Of a stretch of DNA of 64,000 nucleotides, positions 32,667 through 41,996 are shown one piece after another. Source of the DNA: Tagaea sp. (GTDB lineage: Bacteria > Pseudomonadota > Alphaproteobacteria > CACIAM-22H2); the NCBI GenBank assembly GCA_965279525.1, contig CBDIIB010000004.1, forward strand, positions 960,001 through 1,024,000, given 5' to 3'. How positions within the stretch are numbered: the first letter of the stretch is position 1; every line of letters begins with the position of its first letter. The position numbers were made by a program, and so were the translations under genes. The notes beneath the pieces are model-generated. The model was not told the origin of the DNA, did no database searches, and saw only the letters and a program-made list of their open reading frames with translations.

Positions 32667-33665
32667 ATGACGTCCGTCGCGTTGATCGGTCTCGGCTGGT
32701 GGGGCAAGACGATGGCCCGCCTGCTGGCATCCAGCTCCCGCCTCAAGCTCGTGCGCGCCGTCGACATCGACCCCGCCGGTGCCGAACTCGCGCGTCAGAT
32801 GGGAATCCGCTTCTCCACCAGCTACGCGGACGCGCTCGCCGATCCCGAGGTGCAGGCGGTGATCCTGTGCACGCCGCACGCGCAGCACCGCGAGCAGATC
32901 CTCGCCGCCGTCGCGGCGCGCAAGCACGTGTTCTGCGAGAAGCCGCTGGCCCTGAACCGCACCGATGCGGTCGAATGCGTGGAGGCATGCCGGGCCGCGA
33001 AGCTCGTGCTCGGCATCGGGCACGAGCGCCGCTTCGAGCCGCCGATCCTCGAACTGCGCCGGCTGCTCGCCGAAGGCACGCTCGGCACGCCACTGCAGAT
33101 CGAGGCGAATTTCAGCCAGGACAAGTTCCTGAACCTGCCTGCGGACAACTGGCGCCTGTCCGCCAAGGATGCGCCGGCAGGACCGATGACCGCGACGGGC
33201 ATCCATCTGCTCGACCTGGCTGTGAGCCTGCTCGGGCCGGCACGCCGCGTCGTGGCGCATGTCGGCCAGCTCGGCAGCCAGTTGCGCAACGGCGACACGC
33301 TGGCCGTGCTCGTCGGCTTCGCGAGCGGTGCCAATGCGCTGATCAGCGCCATGCTGGCCACGCCGTTCGTCGGCCGCTTCGCGCTTTACGGCAACAAGGG
33401 CTGGGCGGAGATCGTCGACAAGGCACATCCCGAGGCGTCGGAAGGCTGGGTGATGACGACCTGCCTGCGCGGCGGAAAGCGCGAGGTGCGCGAGTTCACC
33501 GCCGCCCCTGCCGTGCTCACCAATCTGGAAGCGTTCGCCGACGCGGTCGCCGGCAAGGCGCCCTATCCGGTCACCGACGCGGAGCTTGTCGGCACGATCG
33601 CGGCACTGGAAGCCGTATTCGACTCGGCACGCCAGGGCGGCACGGTCGAAACGGTTCCCGGCTGA
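32667..33665 (+). CDS. Gfo/Idh/MocA family oxidoreductase
   Basis: GLGWWG, HVFCEKP, GHERRF. Confidence 0.9.
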   Translation: MTSVALIGLGWWGKTMARLLASSSRLKLVRAVDIDPAGAELARQMGIRFSTSYADALADPEVQAVILCTPHAQHREQILAAVAARKHVFCEKPLALNRTDAVECVEACRAAKLVLGIGHERRFEPPILELRRLLAEGTLGTPLQIEANFSQDKFLNLPADNWRLSAKDAPAGPMTATGIHLLDLAVSLLGPARRVVAHVGQLGSQLRNGDTLAVLVGFASGANALISAMLATPFVGRFALYGNKGWAEIVDKAHPEASEGWVMTTCLRGGKREVREFTAAPAVLTNLEAFADAVAGKAPYPVTDAELVGTIAALEAVFDSARQGGTVETVPG

Positions 33666-33669
33666 TCCG

Positions 33670-34209
33670 ATGAGCGAGCGACGCCAATCCGTATCGGCCG
33701 AGGCCTTCCGGGCGGGCATGTCGCGTCTTGGCGCTGCGGTCAACATCGTCACGACCGACGGCCCGGCGGGAAAGCACGGCATCACGGCATCGGCAGTCTG
33801 CAGCGTGACCGATTCGCCGCCGACCGTGCTGGTCTGCGTCAATCGCAGCTCGAGCGCCCACGACGTCATCGTCGGCAACGGCGCCTTTTGCGTGAACGTG
33901 CTGGGCCAGGGGCACGAACAGCTGGCGATGCGCTTCGGCAAGCCCGGCATCGAACCCGTCGAGCGTTTCGCGGGCGAACACTGGACGACACTGGTGACCG
34001 GCTCGCCGCTGCTGAAGGACGCCACTGCCGGGTTCGATTGCCGCGTGATCGACCGCCATGCGGTGGGCACGCACAGCGTGATCGTCGCCGAGGTGGTCGG
34101 CATCGCGAAGGCCGACCTCGGCCAGAGCCTGATCTATTTCGACCGCTCCTTCCATGCGCTCAGCCCGCGCCCGCAGGAACACGTCGGGATGCACCGGGAG
34201 CGAACCTGA
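33670..34209 (+). CDS. Flavin reductase (HpaC/RutF-like)
   Basis: FRAGMSRLGAAVNIVTT, SVTDSPPTVLVCVN, GTHSV. Confidence 0.92.
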   Translation: MSERRQSVSAEAFRAGMSRLGAAVNIVTTDGPAGKHGITASAVCSVTDSPPTVLVCVNRSSSAHDVIVGNGAFCVNVLGQGHEQLAMRFGKPGIEPVERFAGEHWTTLVTGSPLLKDATAGFDCRVIDRHAVGTHSVIVAEVVGIAKADLGQSLIYFDRSFHALSPRPQEHVGMHRERT

Positions 34210-34262
34210 TCTTCCCTTTCGCGCCCCGACCGGAAATCCGGTTTCAAAGGAGAAATCGTGCG

Positions 34263-35006
34263 ATGCCGAAGTCACTCTCGCCGCAGGCGGTCGCGGAATA
34301 TCATGCGACGGGCTTCCGGTTTCCGGTTCCCGCACTGGCCGAAGACGAAGCGCGTTCCTATCGCCAGCGCCTGGAGGCATTCATCGACGAGAACGGCGGC
34401 AGCAAGGGTGCACGAAAGCTTCTGTTCGAGAAGGCGCATCTGAGGTGCCCACCGCTCGCCGAACTCGTCCGCCACCCGAAGATACTCGATGCCGTCGAGG
34501 ACGTGCTTGGCCCGGACATCCTCTGCTGGGCATCCACGATCTTCCTGAAGGAGCCGCAAGACAACGCATATGTCTCCTGGCATCAGGATGCGATGTACTG
34601 GGGTCTCGATCCTGCCGATGTCGTGACGGCGTGGGTCGCCTTGACCGACAGCCAGCCGGAGAACGGCGCGATGCAGGTTCTCCCGGAAAGCCATCTCGGC
34701 GCGCTGTTCCGCCACAACGAGACATTTGCGCCAGACAACATGCTTACGCGCGGACAGGAAATCGCCGTCGAGGTCGATCCCGCGAAAGTCGTCACGCTCG
34801 CCCTTCGCGCCGGGGAGATGTCGCTGCATCACGTGAAACTGGCGCACGGCTCGGCTGCGAACAGGTCCGGGAACCGGCGGATCGGCTACGCGATCCGCTA
34901 CGTTGCACCGCATGTCCGGCAAAGCAACAGCGGGCGCGACAGGGCGACGCTTCTTCGCGGCGTCGACAGGTTCGGGAACTTCCGGCCGGAATCCGCGCCG
35001 GACTGA
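34263..35006 (+). CDS. PhyH family Fe(II)/2OG dioxygenase (C-terminus shorter than paralog)
   Basis: SWHQD, NGAMQVLPESH, HGS, RIGYAIRY; strong similarity to 17684-18535. Confidence 0.88.
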   Translation: MPKSLSPQAVAEYHATGFRFPVPALAEDEARSYRQRLEAFIDENGGSKGARKLLFEKAHLRCPPLAELVRHPKILDAVEDVLGPDILCWASTIFLKEPQDNAYVSWHQDAMYWGLDPADVVTAWVALTDSQPENGAMQVLPESHLGALFRHNETFAPDNMLTRGQEIAVEVDPAKVVTLALRAGEMSLHHVKLAHGSAANRSGNRRIGYAIRYVAPHVRQSNSGRDRATLLRGVDRFGNFRPESAPD

Positions 35007-35140
35007 CCCCAGGCGGCGATGCCTACGTGCGCGAGCCGTCGGCTTCTGCCGTTGCACGAAAAGGGGTACCGACAGCCGCAACGATGAACGGATGCGCGAT
35101 GGCGCCGATCCGGAGACCGGCGCCATCGTGCGACCGCGAA

Positions 35141-35509
35141 CTACATCCAGTAGCTCGGCGACTTGTAGTAGCTGTCCACCTTCCGGCCGTAGTCCGGAGT
35201 CCACTTGAAGTCCTCGCTGCTGTCGTAGTTCGGCGCGTCTTCGAGGACCTTCTTGTCGAGATTGACGACGTAGCCGCCCTTCTTGGCATCGTACTTCAGG
35301 GTCGCCCACGGCAGGGGATGGTGCTTCTCGCCCATGCCGAGGAAGCCGCCAAACGACATGATCGCGTAGATGGCCCGGCCGCTGGCCTTGTCGATCAGGA
35401 TGTCGTCGACGCTCCCGAGCTTCTCGCCCGCAAGATTGTAGACATTGGTGCCTTCGACCTTGTCGGCGGCTATGAGGGAATCGGTGGTCATCGAATTGGG
35501 TTCCATCAT
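35141..35509 (-). CDS. PRC-barrel domain protein
   Basis: LIAADKVEGTNVYN, IDKASG..YAIMSFGGFLGMGE.HHPLPW. Confidence 0.9.
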   Translation of the reverse strand: MMEPNSMTTDSLIAADKVEGTNVYNLAGEKLGSVDDILIDKASGRAIYAIMSFGGFLGMGEKHHPLPWATLKYDAKKGGYVVNLDKKVLEDAPNYDSSEDFKWTPDYGRKVDSYYKSPSYWM

Positions 35510-36052
35510 CGGTAAACTCCTCGAGAGAAAATATCGCGCCGAACATATCGGCGTCGATCCGGTTGGGCGGAAGCCCGGACGGGCAACCTGCCGAAACCGC
35601 GCGACGTTACGCACCGCTGGCTGGAACGAGACAGCGCCGGAATCTACCCAAACGACCGGCCGGAATCCGGCAACATCGAACTGCTGCATTCGTGATCCGA
35701 TCCGAAATCGCGAACCGTGCCTATGAACTAAAGGTGCGCGACTGACTGCGGATTTCCTTGGGACATGCCGGCCATGCGGAAGCGATATCGATGAACAACT
35801 GGCAGGCACTTGCCGTCCGGCTCGCGCCAGTCGACGACACAGCGGGGAACGATTTGTCCTGCCGAGGTCTTTGGGGAGATTGGGGGGTAACTCGCTGGCT
35901 AAATCAGCCACCACTGTCCCCTCAACCCCCGATTCCCGAAAACCACGGCAAAGCCGCCTGGCGGACTGCCAGGACCTAGAAATACGTATTTAAATCAGTG
36001 AATTGCTTGCCCCCACAGGGGCCGCCCGAAGGCCGGTTTGTGTGGGGTAGCA

Positions 36053-36127
36053 TGGTAGCGGCGGAGGGATTTGAACCCCCGACCAAGGGATTATGATTCC
36101 CCTGCTCTACCACTGAGCTACGCCGCC
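36053..36127 (-). tRNA. tRNA-Met (CAT), probably elongator
   Basis: GGCGGCGTAGCTCAGTGGTAGAGCAGGGGAATCATAATCCCTTGGTCGGGGGTTCAAATCCCTCCGCCGCTACCA; cloverleaf, encoded CCA; Ile2 not formally excluded. Confidence 0.93.
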
Positions 36128-36164
36128 GAAGTGGTGGTCCGTGTAAGGGGCCGGGACGCCCAAG

Positions 36165-37292
36165 TCAAGCCGTCTGCGCGGCCGGCGGGCGGACGATCCA
36201 GCCGCCGCCGAGCACGCGGCCGGAATCGTAGAGAACGCAGGCCTGGCCGGCGGCGATCCCGTATTCCGGCTCGTCGAGATGGACCGACGCCGAACCGTCC
36301 GGGTGGCGCTCGAATCGCGCGGCCTTGGGGCCGGTCGTCGAGCGGATGCGCGCCGCCGCGATGTCGCCCGACGGGGCTGCCCCCAGCCAGTTCGTGTCCT
36401 TGAGCTGCAATTCGCGCCCCGCGAGCGCTTCGCGTGGGCCGACGACGACGCGCGCGGTTTCCGGTTCGACGCGCAGCACGTAGAGCGGCTCGGCATCGGT
36501 CGCGCGCGCGCCGATATTGAGGCCGCGCCGCTGGCCGACCGTGAAACCGATCGTGCCCTCGTGCCGGCCCAGCACGTTGCCGGCCGCATCGACGATGTCG
36601 CCGGGCACGGCCGCCTCCGGCTTCAGCCGCTCGACCAGATCGCGGTATTTGCCGTCGGGCACGAAGCAGATGTCCTGGCTGTCGGGCTTCGTCGCGACCG
36701 GCAGGTCGAAGCGGGCTGCATGCCTGCGCACGTCGCTCTTCGGCATGCCGCCGAGCGGGAAACGCAGATAGTCGAGCTGGACCTGCGTGGTGGCGAACAG
36801 GAAATAGCTCTGGTCGCGCGACGGATCGACCGCGGCATGCAGCTGCGCGCCGCCCGGTGCCGCGATGCGGCGCGCGTAGTGGCCGGTCGCAAGGGCCGCC
36901 GCCCCCAGGTCGTGCGCGACTGCCAGAAGGTCGCGGAACTTGACCGTGCGGTTGCACTGGACGCACGGGATCGGCGTCTCGCCGCGCGCATAGCTGTCGA
37001 CGAAATCGGCGATCACCGCGTCCTTGAAGCGGCTCTCGTAGTCGAGCACGTAATGCGGGATGCCGATCCGGTCGGCGACGTTGCGCGCGTCGTGGATGTC
37101 CTGGCCCGCACAGCAGGCCCCCTTCTTCTTCGCCGCCGCCCCGTGGTCGTAGAGCTGCAGCGTGACGCCGACCACGTCGTAGCCGGCTTCCTTGAGCAGG
37201 GCCGCCGTCACCGAGGAATCCACGCCGCCAGACATCGCGACGACGACGCGGGAACCCGCCGGCAGGTCCATTTCGAGGTCGGCCGCACTCAT
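36165..37292 (-). CDS. mnmA: tRNA-specific 2-thiouridylase MnmA
   Basis: [12 protein letters not shown]-loop, [29 protein letters not shown]. Confidence 0.96.
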   Translation of the reverse strand: MSAADLEMDLPAGSRVVVAMSGGVDSSVTAALLKEAGYDVVGVTLQLYDHGAAAKKKGACCAGQDIHDARNVADRIGIPHYVLDYESRFKDAVIADFVDSYARGETPIPCVQCNRTVKFRDLLAVAHDLGAAALATGHYARRIAAPGGAQLHAAVDPSRDQSYFLFATTQVQLDYLRFPLGGMPKSDVRRHAARFDLPVATKPDSQDICFVPDGKYRDLVERLKPEAAVPGDIVDAAGNVLGRHEGTIGFTVGQRRGLNIGARATDAEPLYVLRVEPETARVVVGPREALAGRELQLKDTNWLGAAPSGDIAAARIRSTTGPKAARFERHPDGSASVHLDEPEYGIAAGQACVLYDSGRVLGGGWIVRPPAAQTA

Positions 37293-37963
37293 GCGTCGAG
37301 CCCCATCTGCCAGAAGGCGGCTTCCAGGCGGCAAGCCTTGTCGAAGGTCTTCGCGAGATCGTCGAAGCGGCCCTCGTTGGCGCGCACCTTCCACAGCCGG
37401 TCGGCCTCGTCGGCGATGCCGCGCGCCACCATCGCGAAATCTTCGCCGCCGTAGGTCTCGATCCACGCGCGATAGGGATTGGCCGAATTGTCGGCAGCGG
37501 CAAGGCGCCGGCCGATCTCGGCATAGCCCATCGCGCACGGGGCAAGCGCCACCACGAGATCGAGCAGATCGCCCTGCATCCCCTTCTCGAGCACGTAGCG
37601 CGTGTAGGCCATCGTCGCGTCGGCCTCGGGCGTGGCTTCGATGTCGGCCTCGCTGAGGCCCCAGCCGCGGCAGAACTCGATATGCAGGCCGGTTTCCCGG
37701 TCAAGGATCGCCTTCACGCTCGCGTTGGATTTACGCATCTCGGCAAGGGTCGACGATTTGTAGACTGCCAGTGCCCACGCGCGCGCGTAGTGCATCAAGA
37801 AGAGATAGTCCTGCTTGAGATAGTGCTTGAACGAGGCGACCGGCAGCGTGCCGTCGCCGAGCCGGCGCACGAACGCGTGGTCGACATAGGCACTCCAGGA
37901 GGGCCGGCAGGCCGCGACCAGCCGGTCGGCGAGCCCGCCCTTGACCCAGAGTGCCGTCGTCAT
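37289..37963 (-). CDS. tenA: Thiaminase II / aminopyrimidine aminohydrolase TenA
   Basis: [26 protein letters not shown] (catalytic Cys), WIETY, LEAAFW. Confidence 0.9.
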   Translation of the reverse strand: MTTALWVKGGLADRLVAACRPSWSAYVDHAFVRRLGDGTLPVASFKHYLKQDYLFLMHYARAWALAVYKSSTLAEMRKSNASVKAILDRETGLHIEFCRGWGLSEADIEATPEADATMAYTRYVLEKGMQGDLLDLVVALAPCAMGYAEIGRRLAAADNSANPYRAWIETYGGEDFAMVARGIADEADRLWKVRANEGRFDDLAKTFDKACRLEAAFWQMGLDA

Positions 37964-38163
37964 TCCCGCTCCCCGAGCCAGGCCATCTGGATCGCCTCGA
38001 GGATCTTCTCGTTGGACTTGGCGGGATCGTCGGCAAAGCCGGGCAGCGCCTGGACCCACTTCCACAGGTCGGTGAAGCGCAGGTTCACGACGTCGGCCTC
38101 GGGATGGGCTTCCTCGAGTTCGATCGCGATGTCGTTGACGTCGGTCCAGCGCAGCTTCTTCAT
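37960..38163 (-). CDS. iscX: Fe-S cluster assembly protein IscX
   Basis: LRWTDVNDIAIEL...RFTDLWKWV...SNEKILEAIQMAW. Confidence 0.95.
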   Translation of the reverse strand: MKKLRWTDVNDIAIELEEAHPEADVVNLRFTDLWKWVQALPGFADDPAKSNEKILEAIQMAWLGERE

Positions 38164-38173
38164 CGCCCGGGTC

Positions 38174-38512
38174 CTAGGTCTTGTCGACCATCATGTTGCG
38201 CGTCGCCGTCGGCAGCGAGACCTTGAGGCCGTCGAGCTCGTCGGTGATCGTGATCTGGCAGCCGAGACGCGAGGTGTGCGTCAGGCCGAAGGCGAGATCG
38301 AGCATGTCCTCCTCGTCCTCGGTCGCCTCGGGCAGGCGCTCGTAATCGTCCTTGTCGACGACGACGTGGCAGGTCGAACAGGCGAGCGAACCTTCGCACG
38401 CCCCTTCCAGCGGCACGTCGTTGCGGTGCGCGATTTCCAGCACCGACAGCCCGACCGGCGCATCGACTTCCTTCTTGGTGCCGTCGGGCATCACGAATGT
38501 CATTTTCGGCAT
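38174..38512 (-). CDS. fdx: ISC 2Fe-2S ferredoxin (adrenodoxin-like)
   Basis: [27 protein letters not shown]. Confidence 0.95.
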   Translation of the reverse strand: MPKMTFVMPDGTKKEVDAPVGLSVLEIAHRNDVPLEGACEGSLACSTCHVVVDKDDYERLPEATEDEEDMLDLAFGLTHTSRLGCQITITDELDGLKVSLPTATRNMMVDKT

Positions 38513-38545
38513 CTTGTTCTCTCTTCTTGTCTCGTCTCGCGTTGT

Positions 38546-40408
38546 CTAGCCGCCGATTTCGGCCACGTTGCGGCCCGCAAGCGCCCTGCGGATGCCGCGG
38601 TCCATGCGCCGTTCGGCGAAAACCTTCGTCCTGTGCTCGAGTTCCTCCGCCGCCCCCTGGATGGCGTCGCGTCCGCTACCTGACATCGCGCGCTCCACCG
38701 TTTCCACGCAGGCGTCGATCGCGGCGCGCTCGGCCGCGTCGAGCAGGTCGGCATCGACCGCGAGAGCCGCCTGCAGCGCGTTGATCGCCCGGCGGGCCTC
38801 GACGCGCGCTTCGGTCAGCAGGCGGCGATCCATGTCGCCTTCGGCGTTGTCGATGGACGCGCGCAGCATGTCGGCCATCTCGTCCTCGGTCAGGCCGTAG
38901 GACGGCTTCACCTCGACGCGCGCCTCGCGCCCCGTCGTGCTTTCGCGCGCCGAGACGGCGAGCAGGCCGTCGGCATCGACCGAGAAGCTGACGCGGATGC
39001 GCGCGGCACCCGCCACCATCGGCGGGATGCCGTCGAGTTCGAAGCGCGCGAGGCTGCGGCACTGGTCGACCATCTCGCGCTCGCCCTGCACGACATGGAT
39101 CGCCATGGCGTCCTGGCCGTCCTGGTAGGTCGTGAATTCCTGCGCGCGCGCCACCGGGATGGGGGTGTTGCGCTCGACGATCTTCTCGACGATGCCGCCC
39201 ATCGTCTCGATGCCCAGCGAAAGCGGCAGCACGTCGAGCAGCAGCGTGTCGGAACCCACGGTCAGCGCTTCGGCCTGCAGCGCGGCCCCCACCGCGACGA
39301 CCTCGTCCGGGTCGATGTCGGCAAGCGGCGGCCGGCCGAAGAACGAAGCGACCTTCGCGCGCACCAGCGGCACGCGCGTCGAACCGCCGACCAGCACGAT
39401 CCCGTCGAGCGCGCCAGCCGCGATACCGGCATCCTCGAGCACCGAGGCGCAGATCTCCAGCGTGCGCGCGACGCGCGGCGCGATCAGCGTCTCGAACGTC
39501 GCGCGGTCGATCGCGTGGTCGCTGTCGCCGGAATCGAGCATCAGCGTGCCGTCCCAGTCGTCCTTGTCGGTCAGGCATTCCTTGGCGAGGCGTGCCGTGG
39601 CCAGCGCCTGCTTGACCTCGTCGCGCGATACGGCCCCGCCGCGCTCGGCAAGGAACCGCTCGGCGACCGCATGGTCGAAATCGTCGCCGCCCAACGCGGC
39701 ATCGCCGCCGGTGGCCAGTACCTGGAACACGCCCTTCTCGAGGCGCAGCAGCGAGAAATCGAACGTGCCGCCGCCAAGGTCGTAAACCGCGAACAGACCT
39801 TCGGACTTGCTGTCCAGGCCGTAGGCGAGGGCCGCCGCCGTCGGCTCGGAGACGAGGCGGAGTACGTCGAGCCCGGCAAGGCGCGCGGCATCGCGCGTGG
39901 CGGTGCGCGCCGCGTCGTCGAAATAGGCGGGCACGGTCACGACCGCGCGGTCGACATTGCGCCCCAACGCGAGCTCCGCGCGCTCCTTGACCGCGCGCAG
40001 GATGTCGGCGCTGATCTCGACCGGTGTGAGCAGGCGATTGCCGATCTTCAGGCGCGCCATGCCGCCTTCGGCGGCGGGCCCGAGCTCGTAGGGAAGCTGG
40101 CCGCCGAGCTTTGCAAGATCGGCCACGCCCCGGCCCATCAGCCGCTTGATCGAGGAGACGACGATGTCGGGCCGGTCGAGCAGCTGGCGGCGCGCGATCT
40201 CGCCCACCAGCGCTTCGCCGCCATCGAGATAGGCCACGACCGACGGGACGAGGCCCGAGCCGCGCGCATCGCGCACGACTTCGACCTTCTGGTCGTGCGA
40301 GATGGCGACGACCGAATTGGTGGTGCCGAGATCGATGCCGACCGCCAGGCCCTTCTCGCCTTCGTGCGGCAGCGGCGTTTCGCCCGGCTCGTGGATCTGG
40401 AGCAGCAT
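38546..40408 (-). CDS. hscA: Fe-S assembly chaperone HscA
   Basis: LLQIHEPG N-terminus, GIDLGTTNS, TVPAYF, DLGGGTFD; isc context. Confidence 0.95.
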   Translation of the reverse strand: MLLQIHEPGETPLPHEGEKGLAVGIDLGTTNSVVAISHDQKVEVVRDARGSGLVPSVVAYLDGGEALVGEIARRQLLDRPDIVVSSIKRLMGRGVADLAKLGGQLPYELGPAAEGGMARLKIGNRLLTPVEISADILRAVKERAELALGRNVDRAVVTVPAYFDDAARTATRDAARLAGLDVLRLVSEPTAAALAYGLDSKSEGLFAVYDLGGGTFDFSLLRLEKGVFQVLATGGDAALGGDDFDHAVAERFLAERGGAVSRDEVKQALATARLAKECLTDKDDWDGTLMLDSGDSDHAIDRATFETLIAPRVARTLEICASVLEDAGIAAGALDGIVLVGGSTRVPLVRAKVASFFGRPPLADIDPDEVVAVGAALQAEALTVGSDTLLLDVLPLSLGIETMGGIVEKIVERNTPIPVARAQEFTTYQDGQDAMAIHVVQGEREMVDQCRSLARFELDGIPPMVAGAARIRVSFSVDADGLLAVSARESTTGREARVEVKPSYGLTEDEMADMLRASIDNAEGDMDRRLLTEARVEARRAINALQAALAVDADLLDAAERAAIDACVETVERAMSGSGRDAIQGAAEELEHRTKVFAERRMDRGIRRALAGRNVAEIGG

Positions 40409-41070
40409 CAGGCCGTCCCCGCCATCGCGAGCCGCGCACGGCGCGAGCGGGCTTCCTCGCCGAGCTTGACGAGATATTTGAGCCGCAGCGTTCCGATGCG
40501 CGCGGCCGCAAGATCACCGCGCGCGAAGGCGGCCGCCACCGTCTCGATGCACGCGGCGGCGTCGGCGCGCGCCTTCGCGGCGATCGCCTCGACGGCGACC
40601 GCGTCGACCGCTTCGAACAGCGCCTCGCGCCGTTCCATCTGTTCGTCGAGCAGACCTGCATCGTGGATCGTGTGGGCGCCCTCGCCCTCGATCGGATGCC
40701 CGTGCAGCTTCAGCAAATATGTGGCGCGCGCCAACGGGTCCTTCAGCGTCTCGTAGGCTTCGTTGAAGGCGACGGCCTGGCTCTGGGAAATCTGCCGCGC
40801 CTTGGGGACCGCCCCGGCGAACCGGTCGGGATGGAGCTGGCGCTGGAAACCGAAATAGAGCTGTTCGAGGACCGGCACCTTGAGGTCGAACGCCGCCGGC
40901 AGGCCGAGACGCGCGAAATGGTCGATCGGTGACGGCGGCTGGACCGCCTTGCACGTGGCGCAGAACAGCGAAGCGGGATCGACCGGCCCGCGGCACGACC
41001 AGCACGCCGCCAGCGCTGCCGCAGGAGCGGCAGCCGGATCAGGACCGGAGGGGCGTGGCGTCTGGTGCAT
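40408..41070 (-). CDS. hscB: Fe-S assembly co-chaperone HscB with N-terminal tetracysteine motif
   Basis: CWSC-x9-FCATC, HPDRF J-domain, NEAYETLKDPLARATYLL; start uncertain. Confidence 0.92.
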   Translation of the reverse strand: MHQTPRPSGPDPAAAPAAALAACWSCRGPVDPASLFCATCKAVQPPSPIDHFARLGLPAAFDLKVPVLEQLYFGFQRQLHPDRFAGAVPKARQISQSQAVAFNEAYETLKDPLARATYLLKLHGHPIEGEGAHTIHDAGLLDEQMERREALFEAVDAVAVEAIAAKARADAAACIETVAAAFARGDLAAARIGTLRLKYLVKLGEEARSRRARLAMAGTA

Positions 41071-41154
41071 GGACGGACGGAACTTCAAGCGGGACGAGGT
41101 CGGCCTTCTAGCGCGGGCCGACCGTCGGGGAAAGCGCCAAAACGGCTGGCCTGG

Positions 41155-41568
41155 CTAGATGTGGAAGCTTTCGCCGCAGCCGCAGCGGCCCTTCTCGTTG
41201 GGATTGCGGAAAACGAAGCCGGACTGCAGCTTTTCCTCGACGAAATCCATCTCGGTGCCGAAGACGAACATCGAGGCCTTCGGATCGATGAAGATCGCGA
41301 TCCCGGGCGTGGGCTCGACCACTTCGTCGCCCGGCCCCTTCGCGTCGGCATATTCGAGCGTGTAGGTCATGCCCGAGCAGCCGCGCGTGCGCACGCCCAC
41401 GCGCACGCCCGCCGACGGCTTGCCGCGCTTGTCGAGCAGCGCCTTGACGCGTTCGACCGCCGCCGGCGTGACGGTGATCGGCGGCGGGCGCACGCGCGGC
41501 GCGCGCTTGACCACGGGGACGGCGGCGGGGGAGACCGCGGCAGTTGGCGATGCGGCTGTGTCGGTCAC
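41155..41568 (-). CDS. iscA: Iron-sulfur cluster A-type carrier IscA
   Basis: RGCSGMTY, FRNPNEKGRCGCGESF. Confidence 0.93.
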   Translation of the reverse strand: MTDTAASPTAAVSPAAVPVVKRAPRVRPPPITVTPAAVERVKALLDKRGKPSAGVRVGVRTRGCSGMTYTLEYADAKGPGDEVVEPTPGIAIFIDPKASMFVFGTEMDFVEEKLQSGFVFRNPNEKGRCGCGESFHI

Positions 41569-41581
41569 GTCCGTCTCTCCT

Positions 41582-41962
41582 TCAGACCCGCTTCTTGCGG
41601 TAGTCGTCGATCGCCGCCTTGATCGCGTCCTCGGCGAGGACCGAGCAATGGATCTTCACCGGCGGCAGCGCCAGATGCTTGGCGATGTCGGTGTTCTTGA
41701 TCGTCGCGGCCTCGTCCACCGTCTTGCCCTTGACCCATTCGGTCACGAGCGAAGACGACGCGATCGCCGAGCCGCAGCCGAAGGTCTTGAACTTCGCGTC
41801 CTCGATGATGCCCTCGGCATTGACCTTGATCTGCAGCTTCATCACGTCGCCGCAGGCAGGTGCGCCCACGAGACCCGTGCCGACGCCGGGATCGTTCTTG
41901 TCGAGCGCGCCCACGTTGCGGGGGTTCTCGAAGTGATCGACCAGTTTTTCGCTGTAGGCCAT
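41582..41962 (-). CDS. iscU: Fe-S scaffold IscU
   Basis: GAPACGDVM, FGCGSAIASSS, LPPVKIHCS. Confidence 0.97.
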   Translation of the reverse strand: MAYSEKLVDHFENPRNVGALDKNDPGVGTGLVGAPACGDVMKLQIKVNAEGIIEDAKFKTFGCGSAIASSSLVTEWVKGKTVDEAATIKNTDIAKHLALPPVKIHCSVLAEDAIKAAIDDYRKKRV

Positions 41963-41996
41963 GTGTCCGTACTCCTGTTTTCCAATCGGCGAAGCG

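Noticed and set aside
35510-35760. General-stress (EcfG) promoter for PRC-barrel gene
   Set aside because: No GGAAC-N16/17-CGTT found on the minus strand
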